Source of the DNA: a virus
Taxonomy: Duplodnaviria > Caudoviricetes
IMG/VR virus record: IMGVR_UViG_3300020020_000035
Location: 1 to 55,664 of that record
Length of the DNA stretch: 55,664 nt
Strand: one strand, 5' to 3'
The notes under the pieces are model-generated. The model did not search any database. It was not told where the DNA came from and was given only the letters and a program-made list of their open reading frames with translations. Below, piece by piece: positions 16,930 to 24,768 of this stretch (its first letter is position 1; the number at the start of each line of letters is the position of its first letter). Made by a program: the position numbers and the translations under genes.

Positions 16930-17393
16930 GAACGAGGATCATCTCGCCGCGCGTCGAGCCGCCGAAGGACAGGGCTGTGTTTTGGATGTCTGAACAGGGC
17001 CCGTTCGAGCAAGGGCAGGTCGCTATCGAGCGCCCCGAATGGGCGACACACTGGTGTACTTTGCCGAGTATCGACGGCACCCAATCCGGTCCCGTCCACT
17101 CGCTGGAGGCGCAGGAGCTGCCGGAGGATAGCGTGGACATCGATATCCGCATTCGCGGCCGATGGTTCGAGGGTTTCTACGACGCGCCCAAAAAGCAGTG
17201 GTTCGTCCACAAGCCGTGCGGCGGCGTCGAGGAGCGTCACCCCGACGCCTGGCGCCCTCTCGACGAGCCGGGGGATGCGGAGCTGCTGGATGCGGCGAGG
17301 GCGCATCTGGAAGATGAGCGCCGAAGGAACCGCGACACGTCGCCGTCTTTTCACGCGCTAGCTGAGTTGGTTGCGCGAAGGAGCGGCAAGTGA
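16926..17393 (+). CDS. Hypothetical modular protein
   Basis: GTGA coupling; ATHW and DAWRP motifs seen in DUF551-like phage proteins. Confidence 0.55.
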   Translation: MRTRIISPRVEPPKDRAVFWMSEQGPFEQGQVAIERPEWATHWCTLPSIDGTQSGPVHSLEAQELPEDSVDIDIRIRGRWFEGFYDAPKKQWFVHKPCGGVEERHPDAWRPLDEPGDAELLDAARAHLEDERRRNRDTSPSFHALAELVARRSGK

Positions 17394-17528
17394 CCTGGCT
17401 CACCCGCATGCGCTGCTGGTTCGGGTTCCACGAGACACGTTCGCGCCACATCTACGCGCCGCGCACAATCAAGTGCCGCTACTGCGATCACTGGGTGGCG
17501 AATCGACCTGAAAGGAGCGGCAAGTGAC
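17378..17528 (+). repeat. 17-bp direct repeat AAGGAGCGGCAAGTGAC
   Basis: Exact copies at 17378-17394 and 17512-17528. Confidence 0.9.
17390..17527 (+). CDS. 45-aa zinc-binding-like protein
   Basis: Not in the track: MTWLTRMRCWFGFH...CRYCDHW...ERSGK; coupled both ends. Confidence 0.6.
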   Translation: MTWLTRMRCWFGFHETRSRHIYAPRTIKCRYCDHWVANRPERSGK

Positions 17529-17964
17529 GGACGCGAAGACAGCGGAAGCGGACCGAGATGACCGAAAGCGCGCGCGCGAGATTGTCGACTCGGAGGACCT
17601 TGAGCCGCTGGAGGACAGGGCCATTTGGGCACTCGTGGACCGGGTGCAGGCTGCCCTCGCGGCCGAGCGGGAGGCGTGCCGTCTGGATGTCGAGGCCGTG
17701 GCGTGTCAGCCGCGGTGGAGCGACGAGGGGCTGGAAGCACTCGGAGAGGCTGAATTCCGCATCCGTTCCCGCGGCACCGCGACGCCGGCTCGAGGCATTC
17801 CCACCGGCGGCGGAACGCGGAACTGCATGCCCGTCGAACCCGCTCCCGATGCGCTGCTCGATGCTGCTCGCGAAGCGGTCGACGTCTGGAAGCGGAGCGG
17901 GTACTGGGATGCCGACGCAATGGATCGGCTCGCCGACGCCGTCGCCGCCAGGGGGTCACGGTGA
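17524..17964 (+). CDS. Hypothetical protein
   Basis: Coupled ORF with RBS. Confidence 0.6.
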   Translation: MTDAKTAEADRDDRKRAREIVDSEDLEPLEDRAIWALVDRVQAALAAEREACRLDVEAVACQPRWSDEGLEALGEAEFRIRSRGTATPARGIPTGGGTRNCMPVEPAPDALLDAAREAVDVWKRSGYWDADAMDRLADAVAARGSR

Positions 17965-18161
17965 TGCCAGTCTACGCCGGAGCCACGAACGAACACGGGG
18001 CGAAGTGGGCTTGCATCGTCGCGTCACTCGATGCGTCGGTTGTGCTCCACTACCTGTTCCGTCCGCGCGGGCACTTGTCGCGCAAAGAGGAGCGGCGCCT
18101 CGTGTCGGCAATCAACGCCGTGCAGTTGTTCGCGCGTAAGGTCGCCAGGGGGTCACGGTGA
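17946..18161 (+). repeat. 19-bp direct repeat CGCCAGGGGGTCACGGTGA
   Basis: Exact copies at 17946-17964 and 18143-18161. Confidence 0.9.
17961..18161 (+). CDS. Hypothetical protein
   Basis: 66-aa coupled ORF between the repeats. Confidence 0.5.
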   Translation: MMPVYAGATNEHGAKWACIVASLDASVVLHYLFRPRGHLSRKEERRLVSAINAVQLFARKVARGSR

Positions 18162-18346
18162 GCGACTCCCGCGACGGATGGTGGCGTGTCAGCGGCCCCA
18201 AGTGGACCTTCGGCGTTCGCGTGCGCTCTGCCGTAGTGGTCGACGCGGCGAACATCTCCAGGACGTGGATCGGTAAGCCGGCGGGAGATTGCCTCAGATG
18301 GTGGAAAGCGAAGGGCGGCGACAGTTTCATCAAGGTGGCACCATGA
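18158..18346 (+). CDS. Hypothetical protein
   Basis: Coupled; VVDAANISRTWIGK. Confidence 0.55.
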   Translation: MSDSRDGWWRVSGPKWTFGVRVRSAVVVDAANISRTWIGKPAGDCLRWWKAKGGDSFIKVAP

Positions 18347-18759
18347 CCGCCCCCATCTGCCCCCATCGCCGCTGGACCCGCGAGGCCACGCAATACCGCT
18401 GCGTCTACTGCGGGGAGACGATGGCGCTGGGGGAGGCGGAGACGGAGCCGGTAGTGGATATGACAGGACAGCAAGGAGTGGGACGCATGCCGGAAGTGAA
18501 GTTGCCGACAACGGAAGAGCTGGACCGCATCGCGTGGCACGTGGCGGATTGGGCCGCCGACTCGATGCCGCGAGAGTTCGTGGAGAGGCTCTTGCCAGCC
18601 GCGAGGGAGGCCATCCGGCTCAAGGAAGAGCATGCGCTGCTCGGGCGCCTCTGGACGCGCATCGGCGGGGTAAACGGTGACCCGCGCAGCTCGGAAAACT
18701 TGGCGCTGATTGCGTTGCTCGACGCCATCGCCGAAGAGGCGGGGAAGGGGGCGAGGTGA
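18343..18759 (+). CDS. Hypothetical protein
   Basis: ATGA coupling; CPH...CVYCG. Confidence 0.5.
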   Translation: MTAPICPHRRWTREATQYRCVYCGETMALGEAETEPVVDMTGQQGVGRMPEVKLPTTEELDRIAWHVADWAADSMPREFVERLLPAAREAIRLKEEHALLGRLWTRIGGVNGDPRSSENLALIALLDAIAEEAGKGAR

Positions 18760-19115
18760 CCCACTACGCCAAACGCGACGCCATCGACCTCGAGCCGCAT
18801 TATTCGAAACACGTCGGGGCGATGACTCGGGAGGCGCTGCACAGCAAGGCGGACATCGCGGCGGAGCTGGCGTGGAGGGATGCGCGGATTGCCGACTTGG
18901 AGACGAAGCTCCGGGTCTGCTCCGAGCAGTTCGACGCTGTCGCGGGGATGAACGACGAGAACGTGCGGCTGGCGGGGATGGTGGCGGAGCTTCGTGGCTC
19001 CCTGCTCAAGGCAACGTCGATAGTGACCAGCTTTGACTCGATGGGCTCGTACATAGACGAACGCCTCGAGTGGGGAGAGCGTCTCCGCGAGACGGCGCCG
19101 AAGGAGACCCCATGA
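18756..19115 (+). CDS. Hypothetical phage protein
   Basis: HYSKHVGAMTREALHSKADIAAELAWRD followed by coiled coil. Confidence 0.65.
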   Translation: MTHYAKRDAIDLEPHYSKHVGAMTREALHSKADIAAELAWRDARIADLETKLRVCSEQFDAVAGMNDENVRLAGMVAELRGSLLKATSIVTSFDSMGSYIDERLEWGERLRETAPKETP

Positions 19116-20122
19116 CTATCCCCTGCCCACACGACGACTGCGAGGGCATCCTGCTTGCGAGCCAGGACGGCCACCACTACTGCGGCCGGTGCATGCGCTG
19201 TGTCGGCGTGGATACGGTGCACTGCGCCGCGCAGAAGCGGGAAGCCTCCCTCACCGCCGAACGCGACGCGCTGAAAACAGAATTGGCCGCCACCAAGACG
19301 AAGGGCTCCGGAGCCGCTGGGTACGTAGCAGGCCTCGAGGCGGACCGACGGAAGCTTGGTCACATTCGAGACGCGCTCACTAGTGCCGGTCGATTCGCTG
19401 GCTTCAGTGGTGTGGTTGACGACTGTCGCGGAATCATCGCCGAACGCGACGCGCTTGCTGCCCGCTTCGACAGCGAAGGAACGTCGCTGGACATGATTGG
19501 GTCGAACCTGAAATGGCAGGAGAGGTGCGACGAACTCAGCCAGCGGTGCGGTGACCTGAAGCGCGAGCTCGCCTCCGCCGAATCCGCCCGCGACCTGGCC
19601 GTGGCGAAGTTGGGAGAGGTAATTCAGCGTCGTGACCGAGGCCTGGAGCGCAATGCTCTCCTGGAGCAGGCCGTCGCGTGGCTACGGAAGCGGGGCAACG
19701 TGCTCGAGAACGAGGCAACGGAGTGGGTTCAGCGGTACCGGTCCCTGCATTTCGCCTACGACCGCAGGGTCAAGCAGCTAACAGCCGCCGAGCAAGCCCT
19801 TCGCGCGCTGAGGGGGGCGTGTCGCGAGGCCGTCAAGTACGCCCAGCCCGCCGTGTCGGGCGCGTGCTCGAACCACAACGGCAACAGGTGCGGCTCGTGC
19901 GAGTTATGCGTGGCGGACGACGCGCTCGACACGCTGTCGGAAGTGCTCGCCGACGCTGCGCCGAAGGAGACGGAGAACAAGATAACGCCGTGCCCGAAGT
20001 GCGGCGTTCCTGGCGAGTCGTGCCGCGAAGACACGGAGCTCGAATGCCCGGAATGCAGATGCGAATGGACGGAGATCGAGCCTTCACTCGACTCCTATCG
20101 CGACGGGGGTGGAGAGCCGTGA
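19112..20122 (+). CDS. Coiled-coil protein with terminal zinc-finger-like modules
   Basis: AAGGAG RBS; CPHDDC...CGRC, AERDAL twice, CPKC...CPEC. Confidence 0.6.
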   Translation: MTIPCPHDDCEGILLASQDGHHYCGRCMRCVGVDTVHCAAQKREASLTAERDALKTELAATKTKGSGAAGYVAGLEADRRKLGHIRDALTSAGRFAGFSGVVDDCRGIIAERDALAARFDSEGTSLDMIGSNLKWQERCDELSQRCGDLKRELASAESARDLAVAKLGEVIQRRDRGLERNALLEQAVAWLRKRGNVLENEATEWVQRYRSLHFAYDRRVKQLTAAEQALRALRGACREAVKYAQPAVSGACSNHNGNRCGSCELCVADDALDTLSEVLADAAPKETENKITPCPKCGVPGESCREDTELECPECRCEWTEIEPSLDSYRDGGGEP

Positions 20123-20550
20123 AGACCAAACCCCGCCGCTACGCCGAAGGGACGAGCGTCTCCGTCGCGTCGACCCGCGAGGAACTGGAGCGACTCGTCC
20201 GCACCCACGGCGCCAGCGGCTTCGCGTCCTCGTGGGACCGCGACAGATATACGATCATGTTCGAGCTACGTGGCCGCCGAGTCCGGTTCGACGTCCAGGC
20301 CCCGAGCGCGAAGGAGTACCGCGAGCAGAAGAAGTGGGAGGCCGAGGAGCGGCGACGATGGCGCGCGTTGCTGCTCATCCTGAAGGCCAAGCTCGAACTG
20401 GTCTCAAGCGGTGACACGGACTTCGAGGCGGAGTTCCTCGCGAACCTCGTGATCGCGGGTGGGCAGACGGTGGGCTCGCGGCTGCTCCCGACGCTGACCG
20501 AGGTGCTCGACACGGGGAAGATGCCGCTGATGCTGGGCGGCGGCGCTTGA
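20119..20550 (+). CDS. Conserved-looking phage protein of unknown function
   Basis: YAEGTSVSV...RRWRALLLILKAKLE...FEAEFLA. Confidence 0.75.
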   Translation: MKTKPRRYAEGTSVSVASTREELERLVRTHGASGFASSWDRDRYTIMFELRGRRVRFDVQAPSAKEYREQKKWEAEERRRWRALLLILKAKLELVSSGDTDFEAEFLANLVIAGGQTVGSRLLPTLTEVLDTGKMPLMLGGGA

Positions 20551-20629
20551 CCGACTGGCCCCTCATCGCGCTCGGGTTCGTGCCGCTGGGGGTGGTGGCG
20601 ATGTGGATCGCCGTGATGATGGGAGACAA

Positions 20630-20881
20630 GTGACCGCCGTCCTCACCGTCTATTGCGTCGTCACCGCGACCATCTTCGGGCTCTACGTCCTAGCGCAGAC
20701 CGTCGACCCGCCTGAGCGGCCGTGGCTGGCCGCGCTGATCGTCGGGGTCGTCGCGGTGCTGTGGGGGCCGATCGCCGTGGTGGGCGTCGTGGTGCTCGTG
20801 CTCGCCGGTGGCGTCGAGGCGTGGCTTCGGTGGGATGAGAGGCGACGGGGTTTCCCGCAATCGACCGAGCGTCGCGAATAA
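20630..20881 (+). CDS. Membrane protein
   Basis: Hydrophobic segments; preceded by a coupled 28-aa hydrophobic ORF at 20547-20633. Confidence 0.55.
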   Translation: MTAVLTVYCVVTATIFGLYVLAQTVDPPERPWLAALIVGVVAVLWGPIAVVGVVVLVLAGGVEAWLRWDERRRGFPQSTERRE

Positions 20882-20884
20882 ACG

Positions 20885-20912
20885 TGGACATATAATGCCC
20901 ATCGGCTAGAGT
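20885..20912 (+). promoter_or_regulatory. Putative sigma70-type promoter
   Basis: TGGACA-16 nt-TAGAGT, also containing TATAAT at 20891-20896, in an AT-rich gap. Confidence 0.45.
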
Positions 20913-20983
20913 CAGGAGGTCGCAACGAAACGGCCCCGCGACACGGCAAATGTCCGGGGCCAGACCACAGAGAGGATTCTCCG

Positions 20984-21241
20984 ATGGCAACCAAGACGTA
21001 CCAGATCACGCAGTCCGAAGCTCGCGCCCAGTTCATCGCCGCAAACAACGCGGGCCGGGGCTACGCGCCGTACCGGGATGCCCCGGGCGTCGACACGATC
21101 GACGCCGCGATCGTCGCGTTCGAAGCCGACGACTGGAACGTCCTTGAGCGCGGCGAGGTGACCGTGCTGCAGAGCGAGGATGGCGACGTCGTGCTGCTCG
21201 GCGACGCGAACGGGCCGTGGGCTGTCGAGGCCACGTCGTGA
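20984..21241 (+). CDS. Hypothetical protein
   Basis: GAGGA RBS; 85 aa. Confidence 0.65.
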   Translation: MATKTYQITQSEARAQFIAANNAGRGYAPYRDAPGVDTIDAAIVAFEADDWNVLERGEVTVLQSEDGDVVLLGDANGPWAVEATS

Positions 21242-21513
21242 GCCGCAGCGTCACGGTCACCGTCACCGCGAACCCAGACGAGGACGACTGCCTCGCCGCC
21301 GCTGAACGGGAGTACATCTCCGAGCATCCCGAGCTCCGCGGCTACGACCTCTCGCCTCGCTGGACGGACGAGGACGACCGCGAGACGGTGGACCTCACCG
21401 TGCCGGCGTGGGTCGTCGAGCCGCGCGATCTCGCCGATGAAGCCGCCTGCCGCGCGGATCACGAGTACGACCAGCGGCGGGATGACGAGCGGATGGGCCT
21501 GTGGGACGAGTGA
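21238..21513 (+). CDS. Acidic hypothetical protein
   Basis: GTGA coupling; very D/E-rich. Confidence 0.6.
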   Translation: MSRSVTVTVTANPDEDDCLAAAEREYISEHPELRGYDLSPRWTDEDDRETVDLTVPAWVVEPRDLADEAACRADHEYDQRRDDERMGLWDE

Positions 21514-21725
21514 GCGTCGCGAAGAAGCTCCGCCCTGCTCCCGAGACCGCCAAGCGCGGCCGGGGGCGGCCCCGCGTCGACAACGCCACGACGACGCACA
21601 TCACGCTGAAGGTGTCGGAGGCGGACAGGGAGGCGTGCGAGCGGGCCGCCCGCGTCGAGGGCAAGACGCTCTCCCGCTGGGCCCGCGACGCGCTGCTCCT
21701 CCGGGCTGCGGCCCACGGCGAGTAG
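21510..21725 (+). CDS. Ribbon-helix-helix-like DNA-binding protein
   Basis: KRGRGRPR then HITLKVSEADREACERAARVEGKTLSRWARDAL. Confidence 0.7.
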   Translation: MSVAKKLRPAPETAKRGRGRPRVDNATTTHITLKVSEADREACERAARVEGKTLSRWARDALLLRAAAHGE

Positions 21726-21737
21726 GCCCAAATGGCG

Positions 21738-21780
21738 AAAAGCCCCGCCTCCTCCGGGTAGCACGGAGAAGACGGGGCCT
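21738..21780 (-). terminator. Intrinsic terminator between convergent operons
   Basis: Long GC hairpin GCCCCG.../...CGGGGC followed by TTTT on the minus strand. Confidence 0.6.
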
Positions 21781-21827
21781 ATGGCCGCCCGGGAAGGAGT
21801 GGCCCGGACGGAGCTATGTGGATGGGC

Positions 21828-22325
21828 TCACCGCGGCTTGCGCGGCGGCCTGGGGTCGTTGATCTCGACCAGTGGCCTGGACTGCTGGCGCGGGCGGTAG
21901 GCGGGCTCAGGCGGGCGATTTGGGGGCAAGGCGGCCCGCTTCACGATCTCGTGTGCCACGCCGGTCGGAATGTCCCGGTAGTCGTCGTCGTCCGCCTCGG
22001 GATGCTCGGACGGCGGGCGCGCCCGCTCGTTGCGCAGGAGGATGTCGGCCATGGCCCGGTTGTCCACGGCGCGCTTGCGCTCGTCGGTCAGCCGCTGCTC
22101 CTGGAGCTCCTCGATGCGGCGGCGCAACGACTCGACGCGGACCTCGTCGGCGGCGTGCTCGGCTTTCAGATCGGCGAGCTGGCTGGCTCGGTCCCGCTCA
22201 CGGAGGCGCCAGATCAGGATGCCGCCCACGAGCGCCATGGCCACGACCCAGCCGAGCACCGAGACCACCGAGTCAGTCGGCGGCGTCGTGGATGGCAGAG
22301 GAAGCTGGCTGAGGTGCGTTTGCAC
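21828..22325 (-). CDS. Membrane-anchored coiled-coil protein (possible lysis accessory)
   Basis: One TM segment then coiled coil; downstream of the endolysin. Confidence 0.55.
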   Translation of the reverse strand: MQTHLSQLPLPSTTPPTDSVVSVLGWVVAMALVGGILIWRLRERDRASQLADLKAEHAADEVRVESLRRRIEELQEQRLTDERKRAVDNRAMADILLRNERARPPSEHPEADDDDYRDIPTGVAHEIVKRAALPPNRPPEPAYRPRQQSRPLVEINDPRPPRKPR

Positions 22326-22331
22326 GGTCGC

Positions 22332-22652
22332 TCACTGCGCGCCCGGCTGAGTCGTCTCGCGGTCCTCGTCGGTGTACGGCGGCAGGAGGCTCACGCGGCC
22401 AGCGCGCAGCGCGTCGGCCTCGGCGTCCTCGCCGCGCTTGCGCAGGAGGCGCTCGAGCGCCTTGCCCTGGACGACGAGGAGCTCCACGACGCGCGACTTC
22501 CAGGCGCTGTCAGCGAGGAGCGTGGTGCCTATCTTGCCAAGCTGGTCGCCGATGTCTTGGAGCCTGACCATCACGGCGGCTTCCGATGCGGTGAGGTGAG
22601 ACCAGTCCACGCTCGGAGGTGACGGGGCTTCGGTGTCGCGGCTATCGGTCAT
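22332..22652 (-). CDS. Hypothetical protein
   Basis: ATGA coupling to the endolysin stop. Confidence 0.5.
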   Translation of the reverse strand: MTDSRDTEAPSPPSVDWSHLTASEAAVMVRLQDIGDQLGKIGTTLLADSAWKSRVVELLVVQGKALERLLRKRGEDAEADALRAGRVSLLPPYTDEDRETTQPGAQ

Positions 22653-23218
22653 GAATTCTCCAGCGGGAACTCTTCGGGCTCGGCGTAGGGGCCGTTGTGC
22701 GGGCGCTTGCCGGCGCGGAGGTCGTGGATCGTGAGACCGCCGGTCCACTCAAAATGAGGCCAGTCGGTGATTGATTTGAAGTCGGCGCCGGCCGTCATGC
22801 CGACAGCGCGACCACAGCGAGCGATTGCCTCCCAGAGACCGCGCTTGCGCCCAACCGGCGCGGGCCAGCTCACCTTGCCATCAACGAGCGCTTCCTCAGG
22901 GGTGAGCCCGTACTCGTTGATCGTGACGCCATCGGGAGCGAGATCATACGCCAGCCTGTACTCATGCACCGAGAAGCCGGGCGGCGCGCGCGTGACGATC
23001 TTGCTCTCGTCCACGATGCGCCCAGCGTTGTCGCGGCCCTTGAGCCAGAGCGTCTTCTGGTATCCGGAGTCCCGGTACGCCTCGACGACCTTCACCCAGA
23101 TGCCCTCGCAGGCGAGCCGGTAGATGTGGTCGCGACACGGGAGATGGATCAGCGGGTCGAGCTGGAGGATCTTCGCCTCGCTCTTCGTCCACTGGTCGAG
23201 TGCGGCTCGGTCGTTCAT
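22649..23218 (-). CDS. Endolysin, M15-family (L-Ala-D-Glu-type) peptidase
   Basis: YR...Q..L...GR, VTRA, SVHEYRLAYD (SxHxxxxAxD), DWPHFE. Confidence 0.85.
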   Translation of the reverse strand: MNDRAALDQWTKSEAKILQLDPLIHLPCRDHIYRLACEGIWVKVVEAYRDSGYQKTLWLKGRDNAGRIVDESKIVTRAPPGFSVHEYRLAYDLAPDGVTINEYGLTPEEALVDGKVSWPAPVGRKRGLWEAIARCGRAVGMTAGADFKSITDWPHFEWTGGLTIHDLRAGKRPHNGPYAEPEEFPLENS

Positions 23219-23391
23219 TGGTCGCTCGCCTTCAGCCGTTCGATGTACTTGCGAGCATCCGCGATGTGGCCGATCGCCAGTCGCGCGAGCGCTCGTTGCT
23301 CGTCGGGTAGCTGCGGATCGTCGTACTCACCGATCGAATCGGCAACGCGCGTCAGGTAGTCGATGCAGGTCGCCAGGCTAAGCAGAGTCAT
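23215..23391 (-). CDS. 58-aa hypothetical protein
   Basis: Not in the track; MTLLSLATCIDYLTRV..., coupled to the endolysin start. Confidence 0.45.
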   Translation of the reverse strand: MTLLSLATCIDYLTRVADSIGEYDDPQLPDEQRALARLAIGHIADARKYIERLKASDQ

Positions 23392-23575
23392 TCTTCTCTT
23401 TCGCGAGCCGAGTCTTGACCATCCCGTCGAGTCGCTTCACGGACTCGAGCCGGTCCTCGATGTCGCACATGAGCTCGTACAGGATCGTCTGTTCCATGGG
23501 CGTCAGCGCAAGCGACTCGAGCCGCCCGACGATCTCCGAGAACTCCGCGCAGAGCGGACTCGTGGGCGGATTCAT
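23378..23575 (-). CDS. Hypothetical protein
   Basis: Coupled small helical ORF. Confidence 0.5.
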   Translation of the reverse strand: MNPPTSPLCAEFSEIVGRLESLALTPMEQTILYELMCDIEDRLESVKRLDGMVKTRLAKEKNDSA

Positions 23576-23919
23576 CTCTTGCGCGGCGGGAGCGGAGGCG
23601 GCTTGGAGCGTGGCGGTGGGCGGGAGTTCTTCGATCTGGTCAGGTCGGCTTGCCTCGACGGAAGCGGCGTGTGCTCGGGGTCCTTGGCCAGGATGTTCTT
23701 CAGCCGCGTGATGACCCGGTGGAGCTCGACGCGCTTCTTGTGCGAGTGCGAGCGATGCTCCTCGAGAAGCGCCTCGAGAACCTTCAGCTGAGCGAGCAGC
23801 TCGACGCCGCGAGTCGCCGCGCCTTCTGCGAGCGAGTACTCGGCGATCAGGAGCCCGAGTAGCTCGTCGAAGTCGGCTTGGTCGACACGGACGCTCACCC
23901 GAGCGGCTCCGTGAGCCAC
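23572..23919 (-). CDS. Hypothetical protein
   Basis: Helical ORF with Pro-rich end; start may be GTG 23898. Confidence 0.5.
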   Translation of the reverse strand: MAHGAARVSVRVDQADFDELLGLLIAEYSLAEGAATRGVELLAQLKVLEALLEEHRSHSHKKRVELHRVITRLKNILAKDPEHTPLPSRQADLTRSKNSRPPPRSKPPPLPPRKR

Positions 23920-24019
23920 TCCCAGATCGCGCCCGGGAGCACGCGCAGGAGCCGAACGCCGAGGACCACGCCGCCCGCGATGACGGCCAGCTTCCCCGCG
24001 TACTTGTTCGAGGCGATGC

Positions 24020-24394
24020 TCACGGCTTCGGCGACCCGTCTGGGTTGCGTCCGCTCACCGCGCGCGTACCCTGCTCGATGCTCGTCGCGATGGCCGCGCC
24101 GGTGGCAAGCTGCGCAGCGATGTCCCGCGGCACGTCCTCGCCGCCCGCGGCAATCTGCTCGAGCAGCGGCTTGGCGAGATCGAAGAACGCCGCGAAGTCC
24201 TTGGCGCCCTTTGCCGCGGCGAGCGCGGCCACCTTCGCGTCACCCTCGGGGAGGTTCGGCGCGATGAAGCCGAGCACGTTCGCCGCCTGCGTGTCGACCG
24301 CGTCTATCAGGTCGAGCGTCGCGGGCCCGTGGGTGCGGACCGTGGCGCAGCCGGAGATCAGGAGCGCCGCGATCAGGATCGTGATGCGGATCAC
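24020..24394 (-). CDS. Lipoprotein in the lysis region
   Basis: Lipobox LLISG-C after a hydrophobic signal. Confidence 0.7.
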   Translation of the reverse strand: MIRITILIAALLISGCATVRTHGPATLDLIDAVDTQAANVLGFIAPNLPEGDAKVAALAAAKGAKDFAAFFDLAKPLLEQIAAGGEDVPRDIAAQLATGAAIATSIEQGTRAVSGRNPDGSPKP

Positions 24395-24624
24395 AGTTCG
24401 TTCCCGGCTTTTGGGGAAGCGGCCGCTTTCGCCGCGGCTTTCTCGGGCCCGGGGATGTCGCCCGGTGCCGTCATGTACTTCTGGATCAGCCCGTTGATCG
24501 TGCCGAGCGAGGTGATGATGCCGAGCAGGACGACCGCAGTGGACGGGGCCAGCTGCGCGATGGTGGTCAGGACCACGCCGATGATCGCGAAGATCAGGTT
24601 CAGCTTGTTGTCGTTGAGCTTCAT
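24391..24624 (-). CDS. Putative holin
   Basis: Two TM segments, charged tail, upstream of the endolysin. Confidence 0.55.
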   Translation of the reverse strand: MKLNDNKLNLIFAIIGVVLTTIAQLAPSTAVVLLGIITSLGTINGLIQKYMTAPGDIPGPEKAAAKAAASPKAGNEL

Positions 24625-24768
24625 GTTGGATTTTCCTTGCAGACCACGCGCAAACCAGCCGAGCCTCGGCGCCATGGACCGATGGTTGCTGGCCGGAATG
24701 GCCGTCGGGTGCGTCGCCGTGGCCGTCGCGATTGCGATCGGCTGGTGGCTCGGACTCGTGACTTACGG

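Noticed and set aside
7220-18346. Three genes ending in VAP-stop (7232, 15890, 18346)
   Set aside because: Short, and explained by a GGTGG SD plus overlapping start/stop
3306-18357. ATGACCGCCCCCATC shared by the starts of the 3320 and 18343 genes
   Set aside because: A distant 15-bp match is plausible by chance in GC-rich DNA, and the flanks differ
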